DNA of 64,000 nt, taken from the NCBI RefSeq assembly GCF_000143415.4, contig NW_003314297.1:1155430-1219429 (forward strand), written 5' to 3'. This document shows positions 1 through 11,114 of the stretch, in pieces. A model generated the notes under the pieces. It was not told the origin of the DNA. It saw only the letters and a program-made list of their open reading frames with translations, and did not search any database. The position numbers and the translations under genes are program-made. The DNA is from Selaginella moellendorffii (taxonomy: Eukaryota; Plantae; Lycopodiophyta). Positions within the stretch are counted from its first letter, which is position 1. Every line of letters starts with the position of its first letter.

Positions 1-527
1 CAGCCCTATATTCTTTATCCTCTACTAGACCCAATTAGAAAATGTAAATTGGAAAACTTCCATATATGTCATTGGCAGTTCAACATTGCAACAATGATCT
101 ACATAGAAAATAGACTTCAAAAAACTCATCTACTGATTGAATCTAATCTTGGGTACCGGCAATCAAAATTATACTCCATATTGATGCATATGCATGTATG
201 GTGATAATGGAAATATGCCATCATGGGTGTATTATGGCCATAAAATTGTAGACTAATTGTAGGACAACATGTGGACGGACAACTTGTGTCTCGTTGTTCA
301 GACACTTCTGACAAACTTCACAACTATTAAACTATCAATCTTGAACAGAGATATTTATACTTAAATAGACTGGGTTTCATGCCCTCTAGACAGTATGAGT
401 GTGGAATTCTAAATTTATTTTTAGAAGTTTGATGATTTGGCTTTAAGATTTACATAGGTGCAAAAGTTTTTCAAGTTTTACATGGCTTTCCTCCTAGTGG
501 TTTTATGCTTTCATGCCAGATCCTTGG

Positions 528-1204
528 CTAATTGCGGAGCCTTGGAGTAGCATAGAGAGTGACTGTATAGAGAACTGTAATACTAGTTCCACTGTCAGTA
601 ACATTTGCTAGTGAAACTTGAATGTCACCAAAGGTTCCAAGGTAACGGCCAATACCACTGGTAATGGAGAAAACAAACTTGGAGGAGAGAGATCCATCGG
701 CTGTGCCAGAAAAGTATATGCTTCCACTTCCATCCTTGAAAGCTATGGTGCCCGTCTGGAATGTAGAAGTGTTTGTGGTGGCACCAATAAAACCCGTGAT
801 TGTCCCTAGCTGGGCTGAGAAATAATCCAGCGCTTTGGTGAACTTTGCGCTGTACGTTGCCTGGTATCCTGGAGTGTAATTGGGGAACTGCTGTACGGGC
901 CCCCCGGATACGGGGAACTCGGTTTGAGTCTTGTTGCCTACGGTACGCCCAACAATTTGCACGTAAATCTACAACAGCCAAAAGCAATGCTTAGCGGGAT
1001 CAGGAAAAAACGAGAGAGAGGGAGAGGGAGAGGGGTTTTTCGACCTTTTTTGTGCCTAGAAGATGATACCGACCAGGAAACGATGCGGTAGCCTGGAAAG
1101 AAAAATAGAAGAATCCGAAAATTATTTGTGGAGCTTTAATGCTTTGGATGTACCCCTGCGATGACAACGCCAATCAGGAGCGCCATGATCAGGAGTTGGG
1201 CCAT
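528..1204 (-). CDS. Secreted dirigent-like / AOC-barrel-like protein (about 3 exons)
   Basis: ATG at 1204 gives signal peptide MAQLLIMALLIGVVIAG. Short GT-AG introns follow. The last exon is beta-strand-rich and has FSITSGIGRYLGTFG, resembling the dirigent 'ITGGTGxF..a.G' motif. Confidence 0.55.
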
Positions 1205-1710
1205 GCTCGGACTGTGCAGTGAGTGACAAAGCTCTCCGATAAAATATCAAGTGCTGAGCGTAGAAAGTCGTGATTGCCAACCGCAGGAGAAGAAAAGTTT
1301 AAAATCATCTCTGTCGGTGCTCAAAGTCAAACTCCTGATATGATCTCTTTATTTTATCTTTTGTTTGACTTCAGAGAAGACATAAGTCAAGGTGGTGTTT
1401 GCTGCAGTTTACAAAGCGCAAGGATGCCTTGACGGGGTATTTGCTATAGTTCACAAAGCTCTAGGATGCCTTTACAGGCTATTTGCTGCATTGTATGGAT
1501 GCTGGTTCCAGTCGCATTGTCTCTGAGTCCAGACATAGCGCAAAATGCGATATGGTCCATCATCCCATCAACACTGGTTGGGGCTTGAGGTCCTCCCAAA
1601 AAGAGCTTGGACGTAATTGCCATAGCGCGCAGTCTGGATATTACAAATTTAGGGTTCTTGGCGGATAGGAGTAGCGAGCTAGGGTTTATTGGCAATGTGA
1701 TCGCCAAGCA

Positions 1711-3785
1711 ATGCAGCTGGTAAGGCAGTTCCTCTCCATAATCTTGCCTAACTTTGTGACGCAGGCACGAACTTTGGAGAATTTCGTGTTTCTCGAGGGA
1801 TGAGTCTATGCAGCTCAACTGCCTTGTAAGCGTTAAGCTCCTCAGTAGAAATGCTTAAAATCTTGGAGTCTCGCAGGCCAGCATCACGAGTATCTGCCAG
1901 CTCCTGGGACAGAGAAATCCCGCAAAAGAATTCCATTAGATTGTTCCCAGGAAGAAGAGGAGCACTGACGGTGTGTAGCGCTCAACATGACAAGAGTGTG
2001 GATGATCAAACTGGTACCAGATGAAATTGAGGTAGAGTGCTGATGCTTTTGCATCTATACAGGTGAAGGCAAGGAGAAAAGCTTGAGCGTGCGTCCAAAG
2101 AGAGTTCCATGGAACAAGGGACTTAAAATGCTGCCGGGGCCATGCAAGGGTCGGACTCCTGAAGAGCAACTCAAGGTGGAAGAGCTGCGGAGGCAACGAA
2201 TCAGTGCCGCGAACAAAGGCCGGCTTCCTTGGAACACAGGAAGAAAACATCCACCAGGTTTCTCGATTTGTTTTGTTACTTTCCAAGCTATCGAGATTTT
2301 TCCTTTCTTTCCGCGACAGAGACTATCAAGCGAATCAGGGAGAGAACGTTACTGGCGATGAGAGATCCCAAGGTTTGGAAAAACATATATGATAGCTGCA
2401 TCTTTTGTCTTCGTTTTTTATGGACAGATCAGGGAGAAGTTGCGGGGGTTCCAGCAAAATTTGAGGTAAAAAATTTCTGCTCTTTTGTTACGCGATGGAT
2501 TGACAAGCTAGATGTTTTACAGCGATGATATTAAAGCCAAGATCAGCATCGGGGTCCACGAACACTGGGTAAGAAAGCTCAAGGAGATAGCGTTGCAGAA
2601 ACAATGCCTGGCCGAGTGGCAAGAATGCATTGCAGAGGCTGCGAGACAAGGAGGAGACGACCAAGAGGAACTGCAATGGGATAGTTACGATGTCGAGAGG
2701 CAACGGGAGAAAGAAGAAATCAGGCAACTCAAGGATGGCATGCGAGTCACGTCCAGAAGCCAGAGGAGGTTGGAATGGAGTGATGAGCACCGCCGGAAAG
2801 TTTCAGAGGCTATCAAAGCCAAGTGGAAATCGGAAGTAAGCTTCAGTTTTTCTTCATTTCCTCGAGGAGCTTAAGATTTCGTGTTTTGGTGTAGGAGTAC
2901 AGGACCAAGGTGATGAAAGCTCTGAAACAGCGGGTAAGAGACACTAAAGTATCCTCGAAGCCCCGGAGGGAACCACGGCCGCCGAGACCGGCAAGGCCTC
3001 CAAAGCCTCCGAAACCTCCAAAACCAGTTGGAATTCCACTCGTTGGTGGTGAACCGCGACGAACAGCCGCGGGGGTACGCGTAAACGAGAAGTTTGTGTC
3101 CGCGGTTATGGCTGGCGAAGATAAAGAAGCTGCGAATGTGCTCAAGAAGAAGCCACCGGTGAAGGTGAATGGCGTTGTGCATTCTAGGCTCGAGAGTGCG
3201 ACCGATAAAGCCAAGAAACTTTCTCCCCCGGTACCAACGTTCGTGGACTTGCGAGCGTCGGAGAAGACCGAGAAACTCCGCGAACTGCGGGCGAGTCGGT
3301 TGCTGGTTGATACGAAGAAGAAAGAGGCCGCCGAGCGAGCAAAGTAAGTGTTTGGGATTCTCCTTATCGTTCCAAAACTCATGGCTGTGTTTTTCACGTA
3401 TAGAATGTTGATGGCTGAGGCTGAAGCCGCTGCTAAAGCTCTGGAAGCCATCGCGTTCAAAGACCAATTCGCAATGGCATCGCTGCTCGAGACACGCAAG
3501 CTGCTAGCCGAGGCCGCGCGATCCATCAAGGCGGTGGAATGCAAGCCCGAGGATGTAAGTATCCTCGCGGGGGATAAGGAGAAGCTTGAGCTCGATCAAA
3601 CAAGCGAAGCTGACGATCAGAGCTCCAGAAAAGGCCACGGCTCGATCGACGTGTCCGCAAAGGCCAACGAGGAAACGTGTACAGATGTCGAGAGGGAGAT
3701 GCTACAAGAGATTCCGGGCTGTGTTTCCAAAAGGGCAAAGAGATGGCACTGTGGGAGGCTGGTTTACAGGGACGAACAAACTTAG
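1711..3785 (+). CDS. NUMOD3 (nuclease-associated modular domain 3) coiled-coil protein, probably organellar
   Basis: Spliced ORFs give RISAANKGRLPWNTGRKHPPETIKRIRERTLLAMRDPKV, EWQECIAEAARQGGDDQEELQWDSY, EHRRKVSEAIKAKW and C-terminal KRWHCGRLV. The 5' exons were inferred from GT/AG sites. Telo-boxes lie at about 1648 and 1680. Confidence 0.75.
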
Positions 3786-3843
3786 ATTGCTAAAAGGACG
3801 AGGTCGGAGCTATTAAAACCTTTGAAGTTGTCTTTTCCCTTTC

Positions 3844-5134
3844 ATGGATCCTGGGAGAGGTCCTCACGACTATCAAGGTTGGGGAGTTTCAAGAAGGATT
3901 GGATGGCATCACCATCACTTTCGGCCCCCAGTTCCAGTTCCTCCGTCTCCATTGCCATTCGCTCCAGCTCCAGCTCCATTCCCATCTCCTATTACTCCAA
4001 CACCATTCCCATCTCCAACTCCATCTCCAACTATTCCAACTCCATTCCCATCTCCAACTCCATCTCCAACTCCAACTCCAACTATATCACCAGCGTCAAC
4101 AAAAACAACAGCGCTTCTATCTTTGATTCCTTTTGTGGTGTTCGTAGGAGTGGTAGCACTAGTAGCGTTCGGGCTTTGGTGGGTCTTTGAGAGAAAAAGG
4201 AAAGATGATGGTGATGGAGATAGGGAAAAACATGAAACTCGAGTCGAGCTAGGTTTTATCAGCTGTCGCAACGAAGCGGAGCTCCAGCAAGCCGAGGATG
4301 GTTTACTAAGAGAAAAAGAGGGAGACTTTGCGATTGACGTTGGCGTGCAGGAATGTTCAGAAGCTCCAATACACCATGTAGATTCTATCCAAACTAGCAG
4401 CAAGGAGAGAGTTGGTGACATCAATAGTTGCCATGCACAAGAATCTTCAGAAACTATCCAAACTAGCAGCGAGGATAAAGCTTGCGAGATAGAAGAACTA
4501 GGTCATGCCAAGGAACAAGGTGGCGGCGGGAACAATAGGTAAACTTGATTTTATTTTTCTCCTTGATGTTATGCATTTGCATGATAGATGTCGGAAGAGC
4601 CAATTCGGGAGGTCTTTGGCCGCAGAGTATGTAGATGCTGCAATGGCTTGCATTCGTAACGATGGAACAGGGACGAATTCCTCGTTTACCGTCGTAAGGA
4701 TGAGGACCGCACTGATAAAACTCACCCGGGCCATGGAGATTCTGAAGGCGGAGAGCAGTGAGCACGAGGGCCTGTTTGAGGTCTTCAACTTGATGGGATT
4801 TGCATACCTGGAGCTCGAAAATATTCCAGTAGCCGCCTCGCACTTCGAGAGGGCAAAGGCGATCGCTGAGAAGAACTTTGGAATGGGGCATCCCAGCATC
4901 TTGGCCGCAGCTCTCAGCCTGGTAGCGGTATACTCGTCCATGAACAGGTAGGTATCTAATTTGGTTTTTCTTTGATTTTTATGTTTTTTTTCTGAAAATT
5001 TTAGATGGAGCCAAGCAATTAGATGCCAGGCCGAGGTTCTAGAGCACCTCCAGGCACAAAACGTGCATCCAGATGTTCTCAAGGAGCACAAGGCCAAGCT
5101 CCAAAGGCTACACGATGAAGAGCTTCAACAGTGA
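3844..5134 (+). CDS. Pro/Thr-rich N-terminus, single TM helix, acidic linker, TPR-like helical C-terminal domain (3 exons)
   Basis: ORF 3844-4538 has PSPTP repeats and TM LLSLIPFVVFVGVVALVAFGLWWVF followed by RKRK. Introns lie at about 4539-4587 and 4948-5004. TPR-like segment FNLMGFAYLELENIPVAASHFERAKAIAEKNFGMGHP. Stop TGA at 5132-5134. Confidence 0.7.
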
Positions 5135-6404
5135 TTTTTAGAAGATTACCCCAGTAGCTCAACAGCCAAGCAATGCTCCTTGAAAACATCTGGTTTGGTA
5201 CTTAGAGAAGCTAAAGAGAAAAAACTTTTAGAATAGAAAATGTGAGATTATTTCAAAACAAAATGACTCATTTGACAATATCAGAGTGACCACACCTTAA
5301 CTTTGGTGGTGGTTTAGAAAGGATATGGATACTGGTTGTATACATGTTATCAACATGTTAAATTCTACATGGAATCCTTACTATAATCTATTATAGTAAG
5401 GATCTCATGCAAGTTGTATACAACCTTTGGTTAAGGTTTTTTGAAAAGGTTAACTAAAAGGGTTGTAGCTTTGTAGTATTGTTGTAAAGTTCATACAAAT
5501 AATTTGGTACGCTATATTATCACCACCGGGTGACATTCACTAATCAAAGGTCATTTTGTTCCTAGTTCATATTTATAGCTAGAAAGAATTACTAATAATT
5601 AAATCAATGAGAAAAAAACTGATAAGATGAAGGCTTTGTTGTGAGAGCCAAAGTGAGGTTCTATATTCTAGGTATATTCTTTACACAAACCAAAACTATC
5701 TTAATAATATAATTTTAGTTATGTGCTACAATAGTGATATTAATATAATTATTTTATTTATATCATACAACAATATCCTCTCTCACTTTTTTTCTCTTCT
5801 AATTTGGAAAGAAAGAGAGAGAAGAATTTATATCCAACCAAAACTATGGCTGAGAATTTATGTCTGACAATAATACACTAGTTTCCCAAGTTTTTCATTG
5901 AAATCACCCCACTAAGATTTGACGGATAAATGTGCTTAAAGGATTACAACAAATTAGAAAAGAATATCCTAAAATATACCTGGATATTCTAGGAAAATTC
6001 CTTGGATAATCTCAAAAAACTAATCTAAATGAATAATAACCATCAGATTGAGCATATACTAGAATATTTATATTTTGAGAATAGTGGGCTGCATGCAGTA
6101 ATAGTCATATTTAGTATTATTTATTAATTTAATTGACCAGATTAATCTTATTGCTAGAGTATACTATATAAATTATAAATACCTGGTAGAATATCCCAAA
6201 ATATCTATTCTAGTATGTTTGCATAAAAATCAATATTCAGAAAACGACATCAGTTTTTTTCAAACATGATCCAATCAAGAGTAGACTTTTTAGCTCTGTC
6301 TGGTGGCTTCAACTTACCATGTAAAGATGTTCACATCAGAAGACATTAAAATCAAATGAAGTTTATTTTGTTCATAATCAAGTAAAGCAAAATGACATTT
6401 AAGC

Positions 6405-8076
6405 CTAGGCCTGCTTAACCATTTCCAATCCCATGTACCTGCAGAGGTGATTTAGTTCAAAACAAGAATAACGAAAATGAGAAATAATACTGTACCTTGC
6501 TAGCATCATGAAAGTCGACTGAGGATTCGTCCCTGGAGAGAAATCAAACACGCTGCTATCAAGCACTCGGAGTTTTTCGACCCCAATAACTCGGTAAGTG
6601 CGATCCACCACCTTTCCCACTCTACAGCTACCATGGTAATGCCACATGGTTGCCAGAGCTGTTCGACAGTATAGTGCGAGTGTTATGTTGATGGTTGGCT
6701 TTAGTAAAGGATTCCTTCGATTTGGAGCAGCCACAATGCCACCAGAAGGCATGGGCTGAAAAGCAGTGATGAAAGGGCTGAAGCTGGAAGTCAGTAAAAC
6801 TTCTTCAAGTGTGTTGGCTCCACTCACGCACGTCTGCATATCAACAGAGTCTTTGAAGTAGTTAAAGGTGACTTGAGGATTATCATCAGCATTCAGAGTT
6901 AAAAGCCGGATCTCTCCACTTGAACGAGGCTTAGCGACCTTCTGCGTGACCACAACGATTGGACTCTTCTGCGGACTGCTTAACCCTTCGAAGTATGTTC
7001 CAGATGGATCGATCCCCACACTTTGAATGAGGGAAACTTCAACTGGGGATGGTGAGCCGATGTAGACTCTGGTGGATGGATTGTCAACTATGTGTTTTCC
7101 AACATCGGGGGAATCCGCGACCACTTTGATTTTCTTAGCTTGAAGGTGGTCTCTGGGACCAATTCCACTAAGCATGAGCAGCTGAGGAGTGCCTATTGCA
7201 CCTGCTGTGAGTATCACTTCACTTTTGGATGAATTCCGGAGAAGAACAGTATACGTTTTCCCAGATAAACGGCCTGTGACTTGAACACCTACAGCTTTTG
7301 GAGTACCAGAACCTATTTAAGAGAAACGAAAACAACGTCAAACTTATAAAAACTGAATAATTACCTGAGAAGATGATCTTCTGAACAAGAGCGTTTATCA
7401 CAACTTGGACGTTGGTCAGATTCGCATACAGGGGCAACAAGTTTGATGCAGGCCTCCGAGTTCCATTCCCATCAAAGAGAGTGCCTCCAACCTTCGCTCC
7501 TGGAAGGTGATCGTAAGTTACACCATTATCGGGCGTCACACCAGCTTGGAGCAGCGCATTCTTGTAAGCGGTCTGAAAGGGTCCAGTCCGAGGTAGCGAT
7601 GATATCCCGTTCTCAAGCCACTCATAAGATGCATTCACTTGAGCGTAGTCATCCAAGCCCACGATGCTGTCTATCTCGGACTTTGGTGCACGAGTCATGA
7701 AGCCACCGTTGATGGAGGTTCCTCCCCCAAGGACTCTTGCTCTTGCATTCAGTACCAGGTCTGTGGTCAGAAATGCTTGAGAATGAGCTAGATCGAGCAT
7801 GCTCACTGCAAAATTCTCCTCTCTCATCAGCACGGGATATCCATACGGGGAGTCGCCTCTTTCCAGCAGCAGGACTTTGAACTTTTGCGACAGAGTTGCC
7901 GCTAGTGCACATCCACAGGCACCTCCTCCAACAATGATGTAGTCATAGCCTTCTGGTGCGAATCTGGCATCTGCTGCTTCTTCAAAAAATGAGAAGTTCA
8001 GAGCCAGAGTAGCGGGAACTGAAAGCAGAGTTAGCACAACTATGAAGCAGCGTGATGGGGAGAAGTGGTCACGCAT
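6405..8076 (-). CDS. GMC oxidoreductase, HOTHEAD / mandelonitrile-lyase-like
   Basis: Signal peptide, FAD motif YDYIIVGGGACG, RARVLGGGTSINGGF, AGAIGTPQLLMLSGIGP, TMWHYHG and PGTNPQST. Two short introns (about 7312-7364 and 6439-6495). TATA-like site at 8113-8120. Confidence 0.9.
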
Positions 8077-8179
8077 GACTTCTTTTTCATTTGCTTCGTT
8101 TACATGCATGGGTATTTAAATTGGTGCATTACCTAATTTTAGGTTGAACAACTCATTATAAGTTTTTCTTTGCCCCTTA

Positions 8180-8600
8180 GGTGCTTTGGTGCTCTTGCTA
8201 AACTCAAATCCAAGTGCTGGAGTTCTATTTCCACGACACGATCGATCTAATCAATTCCAGGAGCATGCATGTGGCTTGTTCACCATGACTAGCAATTGCA
8301 CGGTGGTTTTCGTCCCGGGTGGCAAGTTTGGAGCGATCGACGATGTTCTCACCAAGGGCCCATCGCGTGATCCGAGATTGTGGGACTAGCCAAAGGGACG
8401 TACATCAGAGACGATTCCACCAACACCATCACCCACAACCGGTTTGTTCTTGACTCTTGTGGTGGCTGTATTCGAGGATGGTAAAGAGTAAAACAAGTTG
8501 ATATTCACAAGTCTTTCATGCTCTATATGTAAGTTATTTCCTGACTGATTGGTGCGTGATTCCTAGGGACCTAAGCAGACTAGCAACTGGTACCTTGAGG
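8180..8600 (+). pseudogene. Dirigent-protein pseudogene fragment
   Basis: GGKFGAIDDVLTKGP followed, after a frameshift, by IVGLAKGTY resembles dirigent 'FG...DD.LT.GP....VG.AQG.Y'. Splice-site relics are present and there is no continuous ORF. Confidence 0.5.
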
Positions 8601-9089
8601 TGGAAAAGCTGTGCCTCACCCAACACCTTCGTAAAGATGTCTACTGTTTGTGTGCTATGGTTTTGATGTTGATTACTCCATGCTATTGCATAAGGGAAGA
8701 ATACATATGGTGGAAGTAATTAAATCATGTTATACCAACATTATATGAAAAAATCCTTAGAATCTTTGGCAAGGGCACAAAAGTACCAATGGTGTTATTA
8801 TGATACAATGTCAATAAGCTGATCCGAAGTTTATCAACATCATGTGGCTGGTCTATTAGACCATACAAAATCGAAGCTCAACTTGGTCTACAAATATAAC
8901 AAATGGGTAAGCAACATATAGCACACATATCTCACATTCAACCCATCCATGATATTATCTGGACATGGTTTATCCTGTTTGCCACAAAATTAATCTAAAA
9001 CAAAAATAGACAATTACTCAACGTATTCAAAAAAAATTTTGCACAGAAAATTTCTGAATGCCTAAACGTTAGCGCTGAAATCAGTCACG

Positions 9090-10919
9090 TCACGTGTATG
9101 CAAATGGGAGCTCCGTCTCGTACGCAAACAGGGCCGGCGGTGGTGGCGTTGCAGCGGAGTAATCCGGTTTGCATTCTCGCCGCTCTTCCTCCTGCTTTGG
9201 CACAGCCGTTTCCTCCATCACCATCTCCTCGTAGCTACATCCATCCTCCTCGTTACCATTGCCTCCATCCTCTTCGTTACCATCATGCTCAGCGTTTGCC
9301 ATGTCCTCCTGGACGGGCTCGGCAGCGCCCTACACAGAGAACAACAAAGGCTTCGTAAAAAAGGGGGAAGGAAGAAAAGCCATCCTCACCTTGGTAGCAT
9401 TGATATCCCAAGTGAAATCAAACTCGTCCTCTGCGGTCGCTTCCGCGGCTGCTGCTGCCTTGAGCTTGTTCACAAGCTCCTCATAGTGAGCCAAATCTGG
9501 AACTTGAGATCGTTAACACTAGTTTGATAAAAGATGGAAGGTAAAATGCTCAGTAACACACCTCCCCTGGGTTGGAGAATTGTCTGCGACATACGCCTTG
9601 GATTCTCCTTCTCTTCCTTCTTGTACTTCGCTTTTATCTGTTTGCGTGTCTTCCCCGGAAACAGGCATTTTATGACAGCAAAATCAGTGCCAAACTGCTG
9701 AACAGACTGATCAAACGGATGTTAGACTGGCGCAAGTACTTTGGCTTTTGTACCTTGTAAAACATGTCAGTCTCTTCAGGCTTCCATCTATCCCTTGGGA
9801 TCTTGTCCATGTAAGAATGATAATTTAGTTTCGTTGTTGTCTCGTCTATGCGCCTGTAGGATCCAACGTCGTCTTGGTTGAAAGCCCTCGCGTCTACTTC
9901 CAGGCTCTGCTGATTAATAACGATCTTTCCATCCACGACCTCGACTTGCGGTGCCAGAGGAACCCTGTAGAAACAAGTCAAGAAAAGAAAGCGCAAAACG
10001 AAAGAAACTAAGCACATACGCTTGCTCCTTCTCTCTATCCCGCTGCTCGGTTGCGCCAGCAGAGGCTCGCTGTTCCAGCTTCTTAGCGGCCTCCTCCTTT
10101 TGCTTCTGTTAATGCAGAAGTTCTTCAGCAAAAGAAAGCAGGTCTTCTTTGAGAAAAAAACAGACTAACCTTCCTCTCCTTTGCTTCCGCAAGCTTGATA
10201 ATATCTTTCATAGTCATCGTCGCAGGATCGATGGCCTCGTCAACATTGATATCAGCTGTGGATAAAATGTGTATGTGAGACCCTGAACTGGGATACAAAA
10301 GAAAGACGTACATCTACCTCGCTTTTGGCGTGGAGATGGGCTCCCTGACGCCCTCTTCCTTTTTCCCTTGGAGCTCTCACCCGTCTCGCTGGTGGAGGGT
10401 GGCACCACAGAAGCCGGCCGCTGCCTCTGGCTAGAAGCCGATGGCCCGGCAGAGGTTGAAGGCCCGGAAGGATCCTTCCATGAAAAGCAACCGTCAAGAA
10501 AGAAACAAAGAAAAGAGAAATACTCTTACCAATCGGGCCGATTGAGGCAATGTAGATTGCGCGCTCGACGATGATACCCCTCGAGTTTCTCTCAAGGCGG
10601 CTGGCGGATTACTGGGGGCTGGAGCCCCAGATGTTGCCGCTGCTACTGGAGCCGGAGGAGCTATCGGAGCTACTGGCGCCGCGGGAGTCGGCGATGGAGG
10701 TGGAACAGGCGATGATTCCTGTGTAGGCGCGATATTTTCATCCGCCGCAGCGGCTTTTCGAGCTCGCGGCTTCACCTTTGGCTGGAATGCAGCGGAGCGA
10801 CTAGCTGGAGAGAAGAAAGAAGAAAAAATTCCACGAATTCAATCACAGGAACCATAAGAAACCAAGCACTCACAGGGAGCCGCTCCAGCCGCATTCAGCG
10901 CTTGCAGCGATGACAACAT
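9090..10919 (-). CDS. BDP1: TFIIIB B'' subunit (BDP1-like, SANT domain)
   Basis: Exons give MLSSLQALNAAGAAP|SRSAAFQPKVKPRAR, DPATMTMKDIIKLAEAKE, LAPQVEVVDGKIVINQQSL, LNYHSYMDKIPRDRWKPEETDMFYK and LFPGKTRKQIKAKYKKEEKENP. Telo-box at 11003. Confidence 0.85.
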
Positions 10920-11114
10920 CCTCGCAGCTCGCGCCGCGCACCGCCGGCGCTCCTCTCCCACGCTTCCCTCTGTGTCCCTCGCCCGTGAATTACATAGCGG
11001 ATAAACCCTAACAAGAGAGAAAGATAAGGGCTTTCTTGCAGGCCGTCCGATCTATCTAACGGCTGCGATTCCATGCCAAGTGTATCTTCGTCCTCCTCGC
11101 GCCCTTGATGGCGG

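Noticed and set aside
5961-5992. Hairpin agaatatcc...ggatattct followed by ag, as a Helitron 3' end
   Set aside because: The stem is AT-rich and overlaps the CTAG rather than preceding it, and no 5' end or other support was found.
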